A stretch of DNA of 64,000 nucleotides from positions 55,337 through 119,336 of the forward strand of contig CAWCRP010000009.1 in the NCBI GenBank assembly GCA_963797995.1. The letters are read 5' to 3'. Positions 49,011-58,919 of the stretch are shown in pieces. Origin of the DNA: an uncultured Solirubrobacterales bacterium. GTDB taxonomy: Bacteria > Actinomycetota > Thermoleophilia > Solirubrobacterales > 70-9. The notes beneath the pieces are model-generated. The model made no database searches and had not been told where the DNA came from. It worked only from the letters and a program-made list of their open reading frames with translations. Position 1 is the first letter of the stretch; each line of letters starts with the position of its first letter. The translations under genes and the position numbers were made by a program.

Positions 49011-50251
49011 GCGCGCCCGGCGCCACCGCCGGACTCGAGGCGAGGCTGGACGAGCTCGCCGGGCTCCGCGATGACGCCAACGAGGCCTTCTTCACCGCCA
49101 ACGCCGAGGCGCTCGCCCGTTGCTGCCACGCGATGGCCGAGCGCTTCGCCCGCGGCGGGCGTCTCGTCGCACTCGGCGCCACGCCGACGGCACGCTCGGA
49201 TGCACGCCACGTGGCGGTGGAGTTCGTCCACCCGGTGATCGTCGGCAAACGCGCGTTGCCGGCGATCGCGCTCGTCGCCGATGGCGGCGACATCGTCGCC
49301 CAGACCGACGGTGTCCTCGGCGCCGACGACATCGCGATCGCCTTCGGGGTCGAGGAGGAGGAGTCAGACGGCGCTCGCAAGGCGCTCGCGCTCGCGTCGG
49401 GGCGCGGCTGCATGACGCTCGCCTTCGCCGAGAGCCCGGCCGAGTGGATCTTCGAACCCCGGGTCGAGGACCCGTTTGTCCGCCAGGAGCTGATCGAGAC
49501 GCTCTACCACGTGCTCTGGGAGCTGGTCCACGTCTTCTTCGATCATCGCGGCCTGCTCGAGGGTCGGGAGGCGCGCGCCGTCCACGACACGGGCGCCTCG
49601 AGCTTCCTCTACCCGTTCCTCGCGGAGGCCGAGACCGACCTCGGCTCGGTCCTCGACGATGTCCGCTCCTCGATCCTGATGAAGGCCGAGGAGATCGGCG
49701 CGCTGCGGCGCGAAACGATCGAGGGCAACCGCGAGGCGCTCCTCGCCGCCGCCGCCGGCCTGCGCGCGAGCCTCGACCGCGGCGGCAAGGCTCTCGTCTT
49801 CGGCAACGGCGGTTCGGCGACCGACGCGATCGATCTGGTCGCCGACCTGCGCGGCCCGCCGCGCCCGGACTGGCCCGCGCGCCGGGCGGTCGACCTCACC
49901 GAGGACGCCGGGATCATCACCGCGATCGCCAACGACGTCGGCGTCGGGCAGATCTTCCAGCGCCAGCTGATCGCGCTCGGCACGGAGGGCGACGTGGCGA
50001 TCGCGCTCTCGACCAGTGGCAACTCGGAGAACATCGTCGTCGCCCTCGCCGAGGCACGCAGCCGGGGAATCTCGAGTGTCGCGATGGTCGGCTACGACGG
50101 CGGCCGGATCGCCGCCGAGCGGCTCGCCGACCACGTGATCGTCACCAGCTCGCAGAACATCCCCCGGATCCAGGAGGCGCAGGCGGGCGCCTACCACGTC
50201 CTCCGCGAGCTGATCGAGCTCGCCGAGTCACCCGTGGGGAGGGCCGCCTGA
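49007..50251 (+). CDS. Tandem SIS-domain protein (GmhA/phosphoheptose-isomerase-like), first domain degenerate
   Basis: GTGA overlap with hypB. Domain 2 has GGKALVFGNGGSATDA...LSTSGNSENIV...IPRIQEAQ. Domain 1 aligns (GGRLVALGATPTARSDARHVAVEF...ALPAIAL) but lacks the GNGGS box. Confidence 0.75.
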   Translation: MSAPGATAGLEARLDELAGLRDDANEAFFTANAEALARCCHAMAERFARGGRLVALGATPTARSDARHVAVEFVHPVIVGKRALPAIALVADGGDIVAQTDGVLGADDIAIAFGVEEEESDGARKALALASGRGCMTLAFAESPAEWIFEPRVEDPFVRQELIETLYHVLWELVHVFFDHRGLLEGREARAVHDTGASSFLYPFLAEAETDLGSVLDDVRSSILMKAEEIGALRRETIEGNREALLAAAAGLRASLDRGGKALVFGNGGSATDAIDLVADLRGPPRPDWPARRAVDLTEDAGIITAIANDVGVGQIFQRQLIALGTEGDVAIALSTSGNSENIVVALAEARSRGISSVAMVGYDGGRIAAERLADHVIVTSSQNIPRIQEAQAGAYHVLRELIELAESPVGRAA

Positions 50252-50277
50252 TCGCCGCCCCGGCGACGACAGACACG

Positions 50278-52582
50278 ATGCGGCGGGCCCGGACCCGGGT
50301 CGGCGGCACGGTCCAGGGGGTGGGCTTCCGCCCTTACGTTTTCCGCCTCGCAAACGAGCTCGGTCTGGCGGGCTGGGTGCTGAACGACGAGCGCGGGGTC
50401 GAGCTCGAGGTCGAAGGGCGAGAGTCCGCCGTGGCGGAGTTCCTCGCCCGCCTCCCCGCCGAGGCGCCGCCGCTGGCACGGGTCGCGTCGCTCGACACGG
50501 AGCCGGTCGCCGTCGCCGGCGAACGTGACTTCCGGATCCTGAAATCAGCGACGCGGCGGCCCGGCGGCGGCCGCGGTCTCGGCCGACTTCGCCACCTGCG
50601 ACGCCTGCCTCGCCGAGGTGCTCGACCCAGCCGACCGGCGCCACCGCTACCCGTTCACCAACTGCACCGACTGCGGTCCCCGCTTCACGATCGTCCGTGG
50701 CGTCCCCTACGACCGGCCGCTGACGACAATGGCGTCGTTCACGATGTGCCCGGCCTGCCGGCGCGAGTACGACGACCCGACGGACCGCCGCTTCCACGCC
50801 CAGCCGAACGCGTGCCCAGAATGCGGCCCGCAGGTCACGCTGGTGGATCCCTCGGGCACTCCGATCCCGGTGGCCGACGGCGAGCCGGACGCGCTCGTCA
50901 CAGCCGCCCGCCTGCTCGCGGGCGGCGCGATCATTGCGGTGAAGGGGATCGGCGGCTTCCACCTCGCCTGCCTCGCCTCCGACGAGGCCGCCGTCGCGGA
51001 GCTGCGGCGCCGAAAGCATCGCGAGGAGAAGCCGTTCGCGCTCATGGCGCCGAGCCTCGAGGCCGCCCGCGAGCTGGTCGAGCTGAACGATGCGGAGGCG
51101 GAGCTCCTGACCGGCGCCGAGCGGCCGATCATCCTCGCGCGGCGCCGCCCGGAAGCCGCGGTCGCGGCGGCAACCGCTCCGCGCAGCCGTGACCTCGGCG
51201 TGATGCTGCCCTACTCGCCGCTTCATCATCTGCTGCTCGGCGATCTCGGCCGGAGCCTCGTGATGACATCGGGCAACGTCTCCGACGAGCCGATCGCCTA
51301 CCGCGACTCCGACGCGCTCGCGCGGCTGGCGAGCATCGCCGACGCCTTCCTGCTCAGCGACCGCCCGATCGGGACCCGAACCGACGACTCGGTGGTCCGC
51401 GCGCTCTCCCCGGAGCTCCGGAGCGAGCCGCTCGTGATCCGGCGCTCGCGCGGGTACGTTCCCGAGAGCCTCGAGCTGCCGGAAGCGGCCGCGCGGCCGA
51501 TCCTCGCCTGCGGGGCCGAGCTCAAGAACACCTTCTGCATCGCCCGCGGCGACCGGGCCTGGGTCGGCCCGCACATCGGCGACCTGAAGAACTGGGAAAC
51601 GCTGGAGTCGTTTCGGGCCGGGATCGATCATTTTTGCGAGCTGTTCGAGGTGACGCCGCAGATCGTCGCCCACGACCTCCACCCGGACTACCTCTCGAGC
51701 AGGCACGCCGTCTCGCTCGAGGGACTCGAGACCGGTCGCGGTGCAGCACCACCATGCCCATCTCGGCGCCTGCCTCGCCGAGCACGGGCTGGGGATCGGG
51801 GAGCGGGCGGTCGGGGCCATCTTCGACGGCACGGGCCTCGGCACCGACGGGACCGTCTGGGGCGGCGAGATCCTCGTCGGCGACCTGGTGGGCTTCGAGC
51901 GCCGCGGCTTCCTGCTCCCGGTGCCGATGCCCGGCGGCGAGGCGGCGATCCGGGAGCCCTGGCGGATGGCGTGTGCCTGGCTCGCCGCTGCGCACGCGGA
52001 CTGCCGGACCCGCCGCTCCCCGCAGCCCTCCGTGGCGAGGTCACCGAGGAGGAGTGGGCATCGGTGTCGCGGATCGCGGCCAGCGGAGTCAACTCGCCGA
52101 TGACGACCAGCGCCGGCCGCCTCTTCGACGCCGTCGCCGCGCTTGCGGGCGTCCGGGCGCGCGTCTTCCACGAGGGGCAGGCAGCTGCCGAGCTCGAGGG
52201 CCTCACCGACCCGGCCGAGCACTCCGCGTATCCGATGCCGCGTCTCGACGGTGAGCCGGCGACTCTTGATGCTCGCCCGACGATCGCGGCTCTCGCCGCT
52301 GATGCCGATGCGGGTGTGCCGGTGGCGAGGATCGGAGCGCGCTTTCACAACGCGCTCGCCGAGGCGACCGCGAGCGCCTGCGCGGGTGAGGCCGAGGCCC
52401 AGGGCGTCTCCCTCGTCATCCTCTCCGGCGGCGTGTTCCAGAACCGGTTGCTGCTCGAGCGCACAGCGGCGTTCCTTCGCGAACGGGGCCTCCGGGTGCT
52501 GCTCCCCCGCCGGCTCCCGCCGAACGACGGCGGGATCGCCTACGGCCAGGCGGCGATTGCGGCCGCGAGGAGCGTCGCATGA
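50278..52582 (+). pseudogene. hypF: Carbamoyltransferase HypF, 3 frame breaks as assembled
   Basis: The acylphosphatase domain is VGGTVQGVGFRPYVFRLANELGLAGWVLND. The Zn fingers are CDACLAEVLDPADRRHRYPFTNCTDCGPRF and CPACRREY...CPECGPQ. The YrdC and Kae1-like parts include [10 protein letters not shown]. Breaks lie near 50560, 51735 and 51990. Confidence 0.88.
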
Positions 52583-53337
52583 GCTTCGAGGTCCTTTTCC
52601 AGCCCTTCGAGGAGCTCGATGCCTGGATCACCGGCCTCTTCGAGGGCGCTCCGCTGCTGGTCGCGCTCGGGCTCGCCTTCGTCCTCGGCCTCCGCCACGC
52701 GTCGGACCCCGACCACCTGGTCGCGGTCACCTCCCTCGTTGCCGCCGATGGTGGCGACACGCGGGGCGCGGTCCGCCTCGGCGCCTACTGGGGACTCGGC
52801 CACGCCGTCACGCTGATCGCGATCGGGATCCCGCTGATTCTCTTCAAGTCGGAGCTTCCGGCGTGGCTCGAGAGCGGCGCGGAGACGGCCGTCGGGATCG
52901 TGATCCTGATGCTTGCGCTCCGGGTGAGCTGGAAATGGCTGCGCGGCGATTACCGGGTGGGCAGCCACCGCCACGGCGCCGCCTCCGACGTGCCCGGCGA
53001 CGAGCGCCACTGGCATCTGAGGCGCGAGGGGCCGGACCACCGCCACGTCCACGTTCGCAGCCCGCAGCAGGCGTTCGGCATCGGCCTCCTGCACGGGCTC
53101 GCGGGGACCGGCGCCGTCGTGATCGTCCTGATCGCCGCGCTGCCGACCCAGCTCGCGGCGGCGGCTGCGATGGCCGTCTTCGCGCCGATGTCGATCGTCT
53201 CCATGGCCGGCCTGACCGGGTGCTTCGCCTGGGTCCTGACGCGGCCGATCGTCGAGCCCGTCTACCGCACGGTGCTGATCCCGGCGCTCGCCCTGTTCGG
53301 GCTCATGTTCGGCCTCTGGTACGCCGGGATCGTCTGA
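52579..53337 (+). CDS. NicO/UreH-like nickel(cobalt) transporter
   Basis: ATGA overlap with hypF. The signature LGLRHASDPDHL (HAxDxDH type), a His-rich loop (HRHGAASDVPGDERHWHLRREGPDHRHVH) and the second half-motif LLHGLAG are present. Confidence 0.75.
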   Translation: MSFEVLFQPFEELDAWITGLFEGAPLLVALGLAFVLGLRHASDPDHLVAVTSLVAADGGDTRGAVRLGAYWGLGHAVTLIAIGIPLILFKSELPAWLESGAETAVGIVILMLALRVSWKWLRGDYRVGSHRHGAASDVPGDERHWHLRREGPDHRHVHVRSPQQAFGIGLLHGLAGTGAVVIVLIAALPTQLAAAAAMAVFAPMSIVSMAGLTGCFAWVLTRPIVEPVYRTVLIPALALFGLMFGLWYAGIV

Positions 53338-53618
53338 TGGGGGCTCTGCTCGAGCACGAGATCTCGGCTCCCGGAGGGACGAAGGCGTTCGGCGAGCTCA
53401 CCGTCGCGGAGGTCGGCGAGCGCGCGCGGACCCTGCGCGGGGCGACCGGCCTCGGGCACGGCAACCGTGTCGGGCCGGTGGCGATGGCCTGGGGCCAGCT
53501 CGCGAAGCTGATGGAGAAGGAGGGGGCGGCGACCGTCGCCGACCTGGGCGAGGAGGCCGTCGCGCCGCACGCCGAGAAGCTCTGGATCGTTCCCCCGGGC
53601 GGCAGCCTCCTGCCCTGA
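53337..53618 (+). CDS. Hypothetical 93-aa protein, last gene of the hydrogenase cluster
   Basis: The ATG overlaps the transporter TGA (TGATG). It lies in the frame of ORF 52143..53618. No motif recognised. Confidence 0.45.
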   Translation: MGALLEHEISAPGGTKAFGELTVAEVGERARTLRGATGLGHGNRVGPVAMAWGQLAKLMEKEGAATVADLGEEAVAPHAEKLWIVPPGGSLLP

Positions 53619-53670
53619 GCGAGCCGGACGCGGCGTGCCCGGCGGCCCCGGACGCCCTGCCCGACTGAGC

Positions 53671-53714
53671 AAACGTCCCGAACACCCTCCTATGGAGGGG
53701 CGAAATGGACGTTT
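53671..53714. terminator. Nested palindrome between convergent operon ends
   Basis: The outer stem aaacgtcc/ggacgttt is 8 bp. The inner hairpin ccctcc-tat-ggaggg is 6 bp. It sits 52 nt after the 93-aa ORF and 15 nt after the GMC gene stop. Confidence 0.4.
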
Positions 53715-53728
53715 GGCTGTTGGAGGGC

Positions 53729-55369
53729 CTAGGCCGGCGCGCCCCGTGCTGCCACGGGCAGCTCGGGTGGTGCGGCCTCGTCGGCGGGCGGGATGAACGT
53801 CATCGCTCGCTCGGCCATGGCGGTGATCGTCAGCGACGGGTTCACGCCCGGGTTCGCCGGCACCGCGGAGCCGTCGGTGATCAGCAGGTTCTCGTAGCCG
53901 AAGACGCGGTGCCGCGGGTCGATGACGCCCTCGTCGGGGCTACCGGCGATCACGGCGCCGCCGAGGATGTGCGCGGTCGTCGGGATGTTCAGCGCAGACT
54001 CGGTCAGGGCGCTCTGCGCCGTGCCGCCCATCGTCTTGGCAAACCAGTTCGCGGCCGCCTCGGCGGCGGGCAGGAACGTGGGGTTGGGACGCGCTTCGTC
54101 CTGCTCGGTCTGGAGGCGCACACCGCGCCCGAAGATGCGGCGCTTGGGGACGAGTCGCATGGCCGTGTCGGTCGCCTGCATCACCAGCAGGATGATCGTC
54201 CGCCGCGACCAGCCGAACGGCCACCAGAAGAGCTTGAGGGTCTTGAGCGGATGCCGGAGCATCGCGCCGATCCACTTGAGCGGCCGGGTCAGGCGCGAGC
54301 CGTCGCCGGTCATCATCGTGAACAGGCGGCTCATCGCGTCACCGCCGTTTCCGTAGCTCACGACCTCGATGTGCGTGTCCGGATCTGGGTAGATGCTCGA
54401 CGAGATCGCAACCGACTCGGTGTAGTTGACCTCATCGGTGCCCGCCGTGACCGCCTGGATCGACTCGCTGTTGGTGCGAACCAGCTGGCCGAGCCGGTTC
54501 GAGATCCGCGGCAGAGCGCCCTTGTGCTTGCAGTCGGCGAGCAGCTTGTTCGTGCCCAGGGCGCCGGCGGCGAGGATCACGCCCCGCGCCCGCAGCGTCC
54601 GGCGGCGCTTCCGAAACCAGGCACCGGGATGCTCGGTCAGCACCTCGTACCCCTCTGAGCCGTCGGATGAGCCCGTCGGCCGGACCTCGGTCACCTGGCG
54701 CTCCGGGATCACCTCGACGCCGAGCTTCTCGGCGAACCAGAGGTAGTTCTTGACCAGCGTGTTCTTCGCCCCGTACCGGCAGCCGATCATGCACGCCGCG
54801 CAGCGCACGCAGCCTGTGCGCGCCGGGCCCTCGCCGCCGAAATACGGGTCCTCGACCACCTCGCCGGCGGGACCGAAGAAGATCCCGACTCGGGTCTGCG
54901 TGTAGGTGTCGCCGACGCCGATCTCCTCGCCGTAGGCCTGCAGCAGCTTGTCGGCCGGGGTCTGACCCTCATACGAGGCGACGCCCAGCATGCGCTCGGC
55001 GGTGTCGTAGTGGGGCGTGAGCTCGGGCTTCCACTCGGCGAGCCCGTCCCACTGGCGGTCGCGGAAGAACGCATCGCGGGCGCGGTAGAGCGTGTTCGCA
55101 TAGCCGAGGCTCCCGCCTCCGACTCCGTTTCCGGAAACGATGAAAACGTCCTTGAAGAAGGTCATGCGGAAGATCCCGCGCATGCCGAGCCTCGGCATCC
55201 AGAAGTAACGGCGCATGCGCCAGGCCGACTCGGCGAAGTCATCGTCGGCGAACCGCTTGCCGCACTCGAGGACGCCGACCTTGTAGCCCTTCTCGGCCAG
55301 GCGCAGCGCGGCCACGCTTCCCCCGAAGCCCGAGCCGACGACGAGCCAGTCGTAGTCCGTATCCGACAC
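53729..55369 (-). CDS. GMC-family FAD oxidoreductase (ChoD/cholesterol-oxidase-like)
   Basis: The FAD motif is DYDWLVVGSGFGGSVAALRLAEKGYKVGVLECG. Intact 546-aa ORF with the GMC C-terminal HxxGG-type motif (TTAHILGG). Confidence 0.85.
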   Translation of the reverse strand: MSDTDYDWLVVGSGFGGSVAALRLAEKGYKVGVLECGKRFADDDFAESAWRMRRYFWMPRLGMRGIFRMTFFKDVFIVSGNGVGGGSLGYANTLYRARDAFFRDRQWDGLAEWKPELTPHYDTAERMLGVASYEGQTPADKLLQAYGEEIGVGDTYTQTRVGIFFGPAGEVVEDPYFGGEGPARTGCVRCAACMIGCRYGAKNTLVKNYLWFAEKLGVEVIPERQVTEVRPTGSSDGSEGYEVLTEHPGAWFRKRRRTLRARGVILAAGALGTNKLLADCKHKGALPRISNRLGQLVRTNSESIQAVTAGTDEVNYTESVAISSSIYPDPDTHIEVVSYGNGGDAMSRLFTMMTGDGSRLTRPLKWIGAMLRHPLKTLKLFWWPFGWSRRTIILLVMQATDTAMRLVPKRRIFGRGVRLQTEQDEARPNPTFLPAAEAAANWFAKTMGGTAQSALTESALNIPTTAHILGGAVIAGSPDEGVIDPRHRVFGYENLLITDGSAVPANPGVNPSLTITAMAERAMTFIPPADEAAPPELPVAARGAPA

Positions 55370-55444
55370 CGCGAGGAAAGCTTAGACTCCAGGCTTCGTT
55401 CCGAGCCAGGAGAGGAGAAAGAGACCATCGCCTCGAAGCGCCGC

Positions 55445-55726
55445 GTGCTGCTCGCCGTCCTCATCGGGGGCTTGATCGTCGGGGGGGCGCCGTCGCCCGC
55501 CGGCGCGGGCCACGTCGGCACGAAGAAATGCTCGATCGTCTCGCACGGAGGATCGGACTACCGGGTCCGCGCGACCTCGATGAAGTGCGATCCGGCGGAG
55601 CGCGGGGCGAAGCGGTTCCTGCGTAGCGGGAAACCGCTCGACGGCTTCAGCTGCACCGAGGCGGAGGGCGCGACGCCGTTCTTCTGCAAGCGTGCCCAGC
55701 AGGCCTACTGGGCCGTTCTGCTGTGA
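55445..55726 (+). CDS. Small secreted Cys-containing protein (start uncertain)
   Basis: The hydrophobic leader LLAVLIGGLIVGGAPSPAGAG is followed by four Cys. An AGGAGAGGAG RBS lies about 25 nt upstream of GTG 55445, so the real start may be earlier. Confidence 0.4.
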   Translation: MLLAVLIGGLIVGGAPSPAGAGHVGTKKCSIVSHGGSDYRVRATSMKCDPAERGAKRFLRSGKPLDGFSCTEAEGATPFFCKRAQQAYWAVLL

Positions 55727-56391
55727 GCGGCCGGGCCCGTGCGGCCCTCGCCTGCGCCGTCGCCGCCGGACTCGCGCTCGCCGGCGGGACCGGCGCGGCC
55801 GCCCACCCGGGCCACGGTGCCGCCGAGATCACCGTCCAAGGCGACGACTTCACGTACGCGCCTGCCGCCGCACGGGTTGCGGTCGGTGACACGGTGATCT
55901 GGTTCTGGGAGGGCATCGTCTTTCGGAACCACTCCGTGACCGCCGATTCCGGGCAGGCGGAGCAGTTCGACTCCGACCCGGCGGGGCCGCCCACCAACGC
56001 CACTCACCCGTCCTCGGAGGGGTTCGCGCACACCTTCAGCCACGAGGGCACGTTCACCTACTACTGCAAGGTCCATCCGCAGATGCGCGGTTCGGTCGAG
56101 GTGGTGACTCCGCCGGGCCGAGGCCGCCCACCGCGACTTCGTGACCTGCGGATCGACGGAGCCATGGCGAAGTTCCGCCTGTCGCGAAGCGCTGCCGTCG
56201 TCGCCCGCATTGCGTCGGGCGGGCGCGAGGTCGCATCGTTCTCGAAGCAGGGACGCCCGGGTCGGAACGGGCTGCGATTGCCCGTCGCCGACCTGCGGCC
56301 CGGGCGCTACGAGCTTCGCCTCGTCGCCTACGACTCGGCCGACCGGGCCTCGAACGAGGTCCGCGCCCGCTTCCGGGTGAAGCGGGACTAG
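55723..56391 (+). CDS. Cupredoxin (type-1 copper) domain protein with a C-terminal Ig-like domain
   Basis: A signal peptide is followed by FAHTFSHEGTFTYYCKVHPQMRGSVEV (Cys-x2-His-x2-Met copper ligands). Confidence 0.75.
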   Translation: MSGRARAALACAVAAGLALAGGTGAAAHPGHGAAEITVQGDDFTYAPAAARVAVGDTVIWFWEGIVFRNHSVTADSGQAEQFDSDPAGPPTNATHPSSEGFAHTFSHEGTFTYYCKVHPQMRGSVEVVTPPGRGRPPRLRDLRIDGAMAKFRLSRSAAVVARIASGGREVASFSKQGRPGRNGLRLPVADLRPGRYELRLVAYDSADRASNEVRARFRVKRD

Positions 56392-56482
56392 CCCGGCACA
56401 CCTGTACCAAGATCGAAATCGTTCGGCTAGGCTGGCGGCGGCCGCACGGACGTCGAGCTTGAACTTCGAGGGAGAGACACAG

Positions 56483-58555
56483 ATGGGCAGAGGGATGCGT
56501 GGCAGGTCAGTTGCGATCGCGACGGCGGTTGCCTTCGTCGGCCTGGCCGTGCCCGCGGCCGCCCACCTCGAGCGCCCTTCGTATTGGCCCGATCCCGCCC
56601 CGGACACACAGGTCAAGCCGGCCGCCGGCGGTGAGGTGCCGAAGGCGCGCACGCTCTCCAGCGCCGTCACCGGCAAGGGGCCCGGAGACGTCCGCGTCGT
56701 CTGCGTCGGCAAGGATGGGAAGACCTCGCTGAGGCTCCTGGCGAAGTCGCTTCGCTCCGCCCAGACGAAGGGCTGGCAGCTCCGGCCGAGCCTGCCGGTG
56801 AAGAAGCTCGCGAAGCAGCGGGCGAAGAAGCTCAAGCGCATCAACAAGGCGCTCGCGAAGCAGTGCGAGTACCGCGCGATCCAGGACGCCGTCAACGATT
56901 CCGGCAACAACGACCGCGTCGTGATCATGCCCGGGACGTACCGCGAGCCGAAGTCCCGTCAGGCGCCGCTGAACGACCCCCGCTGCGCCGACATGACCCA
57001 GGCGGATTCGAGCGGAGCGCTGACCCCGAGCTACAAGTACCAGGTCAAGTGCCCGAACGATCAGAACTTGATCTACGTCCAGGGCCGCAAGCTCGGCGGT
57101 CCGGCGCCTGAGCCGCCGCTACCCGACCGGCACGGGATCCCGGACGAGGGCCCGTGCGTGCGCTGCAACCTCCAGATCGAGGGCTCCGGCATCCGGCCCG
57201 AGGACGTGATCCTCGATGGGGGCAAGGACTACGAGTCGAAGGCGACCGACGCGAAGCCGGGCGGCTTCGCAAAGCACGTGATCCTGCGCGCCGACCGCGC
57301 CGATGGCTTCGTCGGGCGGAACATGCTCATGCGTGGCTCGCTCGAGTTCGGCTTCTACACCGAGGAGACCGACGGGATCCTGCTCGACCGGGTGAAGTTC
57401 TTCTGGGCCGCGGATTACGGCCACCTCAGCTTCACGACCGACCACAACGTGATCCAGAACTGCGAGGGACTCGGATCGGGTGACGCCGCGGTCTACCCGG
57501 GCGCGTCGCCGGAGACGGGTGCACAGGCCCGGCTCGACTTCTATCCCGACGCACCGCGGATGAACACCGTGGTCAGGCGCTGCGACCTCCACGGCAACGT
57601 CCTCGCCTACTCGGGATCGATGGGGAACGCAGTCCGGATCACCGAAAACCACATCTACGGCAACACGGCCGGGCTCTCGACCGACACCGTCTCCGCCGCG
57701 GGACACCCCGGCTACCCCGCCGACGGCGTCGAGATCGACAACAACTACATCTACTCGAACAACCTCAACCTCTACAACGAGCCCGACCCGCAGGTCGAGC
57801 CGATCGTCGGCGTGCTCCCCGTGGGCGTCGGGGTCTTCTGGGCGGGCCACAACGACGGCCTCGTCCACGACAACTACATCTTCGACAACTGGCGCTACGG
57901 AACCCAGCTGCTCGCGATTCCAGACGCGGTGCTCGCCGTTGTCGACAACCACCTGCCCGAGGGCGCGGTCAACCCGGGAATCTCGTGTGCGACCGCTCCG
58001 CAGATCATGACCTCCTGCAACAACCGGTACTTCGACAACAAGATGGGCGTGGCGCCGCCCGGCTTCAAGGCGCCGAAGGAGGTCCACGACTACGGCAACC
58101 ACGTCGGCGGAACCTCCGGCGTCCTTCCCAACGGGCTCGACTTCTGGTGGGACGAGTTCGTGGGCAACACCGACAACTGCTGGTTCGACAACACCGGGCC
58201 CGACGGCACGGCCGCCACTGTCACCGGCCCCGGGCCAGGGGTGCCGCCTGACGTCCTGCCGGGAGGGGGCAATTGCGGCGGGTCCATGGGCGCGGGCGAC
58301 GCGGCGAAGGAGTTCAACCTCCTCGCCTGCTTCACCGCCCGCGGTGGCGCCGGAACCGAGGACATCTGCGACTGGTTCACGATGCCGCCGAAGCCCGGCG
58401 GCGCCGCGCAGCGCGGATACGAGCGCGACGCCGAGGAGCAGGCGGCTCGCGCCGCCGCCAGTGACGACGGGCGCGCGCTCGAGCGGTACTTCGCGGACCG
58501 TGCGGCGGAGCTCGAGGCCGCGGGCCTGATCGAGCCCGGCGAGCTTGATCGCTGA
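56483..58555 (+). CDS. Secreted right-handed parallel beta-helix repeat protein
   Basis: A GAGGGAGAG RBS and ATG 56483 are present. The signal peptide is SVAIATAVAFVGLAVPAAAH. Repeated NxxHD/NNxI rungs occur (ITENHIYGNTAGL, IDNNYIYSNN, VHDNYIFDN). Confidence 0.65.
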   Translation: MGRGMRGRSVAIATAVAFVGLAVPAAAHLERPSYWPDPAPDTQVKPAAGGEVPKARTLSSAVTGKGPGDVRVVCVGKDGKTSLRLLAKSLRSAQTKGWQLRPSLPVKKLAKQRAKKLKRINKALAKQCEYRAIQDAVNDSGNNDRVVIMPGTYREPKSRQAPLNDPRCADMTQADSSGALTPSYKYQVKCPNDQNLIYVQGRKLGGPAPEPPLPDRHGIPDEGPCVRCNLQIEGSGIRPEDVILDGGKDYESKATDAKPGGFAKHVILRADRADGFVGRNMLMRGSLEFGFYTEETDGILLDRVKFFWAADYGHLSFTTDHNVIQNCEGLGSGDAAVYPGASPETGAQARLDFYPDAPRMNTVVRRCDLHGNVLAYSGSMGNAVRITENHIYGNTAGLSTDTVSAAGHPGYPADGVEIDNNYIYSNNLNLYNEPDPQVEPIVGVLPVGVGVFWAGHNDGLVHDNYIFDNWRYGTQLLAIPDAVLAVVDNHLPEGAVNPGISCATAPQIMTSCNNRYFDNKMGVAPPGFKAPKEVHDYGNHVGGTSGVLPNGLDFWWDEFVGNTDNCWFDNTGPDGTAATVTGPGPGVPPDVLPGGGNCGGSMGAGDAAKEFNLLACFTARGGAGTEDICDWFTMPPKPGGAAQRGYERDAEEQAARAAASDDGRALERYFADRAAELEAAGLIEPGELDR

Positions 58556-58919
58556 GCGCCGTCGCCTGACCGCGCTCGCGAGCGTCGCGGTGCTGGCCCT
58601 CGCCGGCTGCGGCGGAGACGAGGACGCGGGGGAGGAGACCGAGCCCGTGGGGGTCGGTCAGGTTCAGGTCGGGTCGGTGGCGCCGCTCGCGCAGTGCCGG
58701 GACTGGAACGCCGGAACCGAGGAGGAGCGGCTGGCGACGGTCGACGACATCCGCGAGCAGATCAACCTCCAGGACGGCCCGGTGGAGACGCCCGCGCTCA
58801 CGGACGAGGAGGCGATCGAGGTCTTCGACAACTCGTGCGAGCCCCCGCAGGCCGCCACGATCAGGCTCTACACGCTCTACGCGCGCGCGGCGGGATTTCA
58901 GTCGCTGCTCGACCACTGA
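58545..58919 (+). CDS. Lipoprotein, function unknown
   Basis: The lipobox is LALAGC in LTALASVAVLALAGCGGDED. TTG start as in the ORF track. Confidence 0.55.
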   Translation: MIAERRRLTALASVAVLALAGCGGDEDAGEETEPVGVGQVQVGSVAPLAQCRDWNAGTEEERLATVDDIREQINLQDGPVETPALTDEEAIEVFDNSCEPPQAATIRLYTLYARAAGFQSLLDH

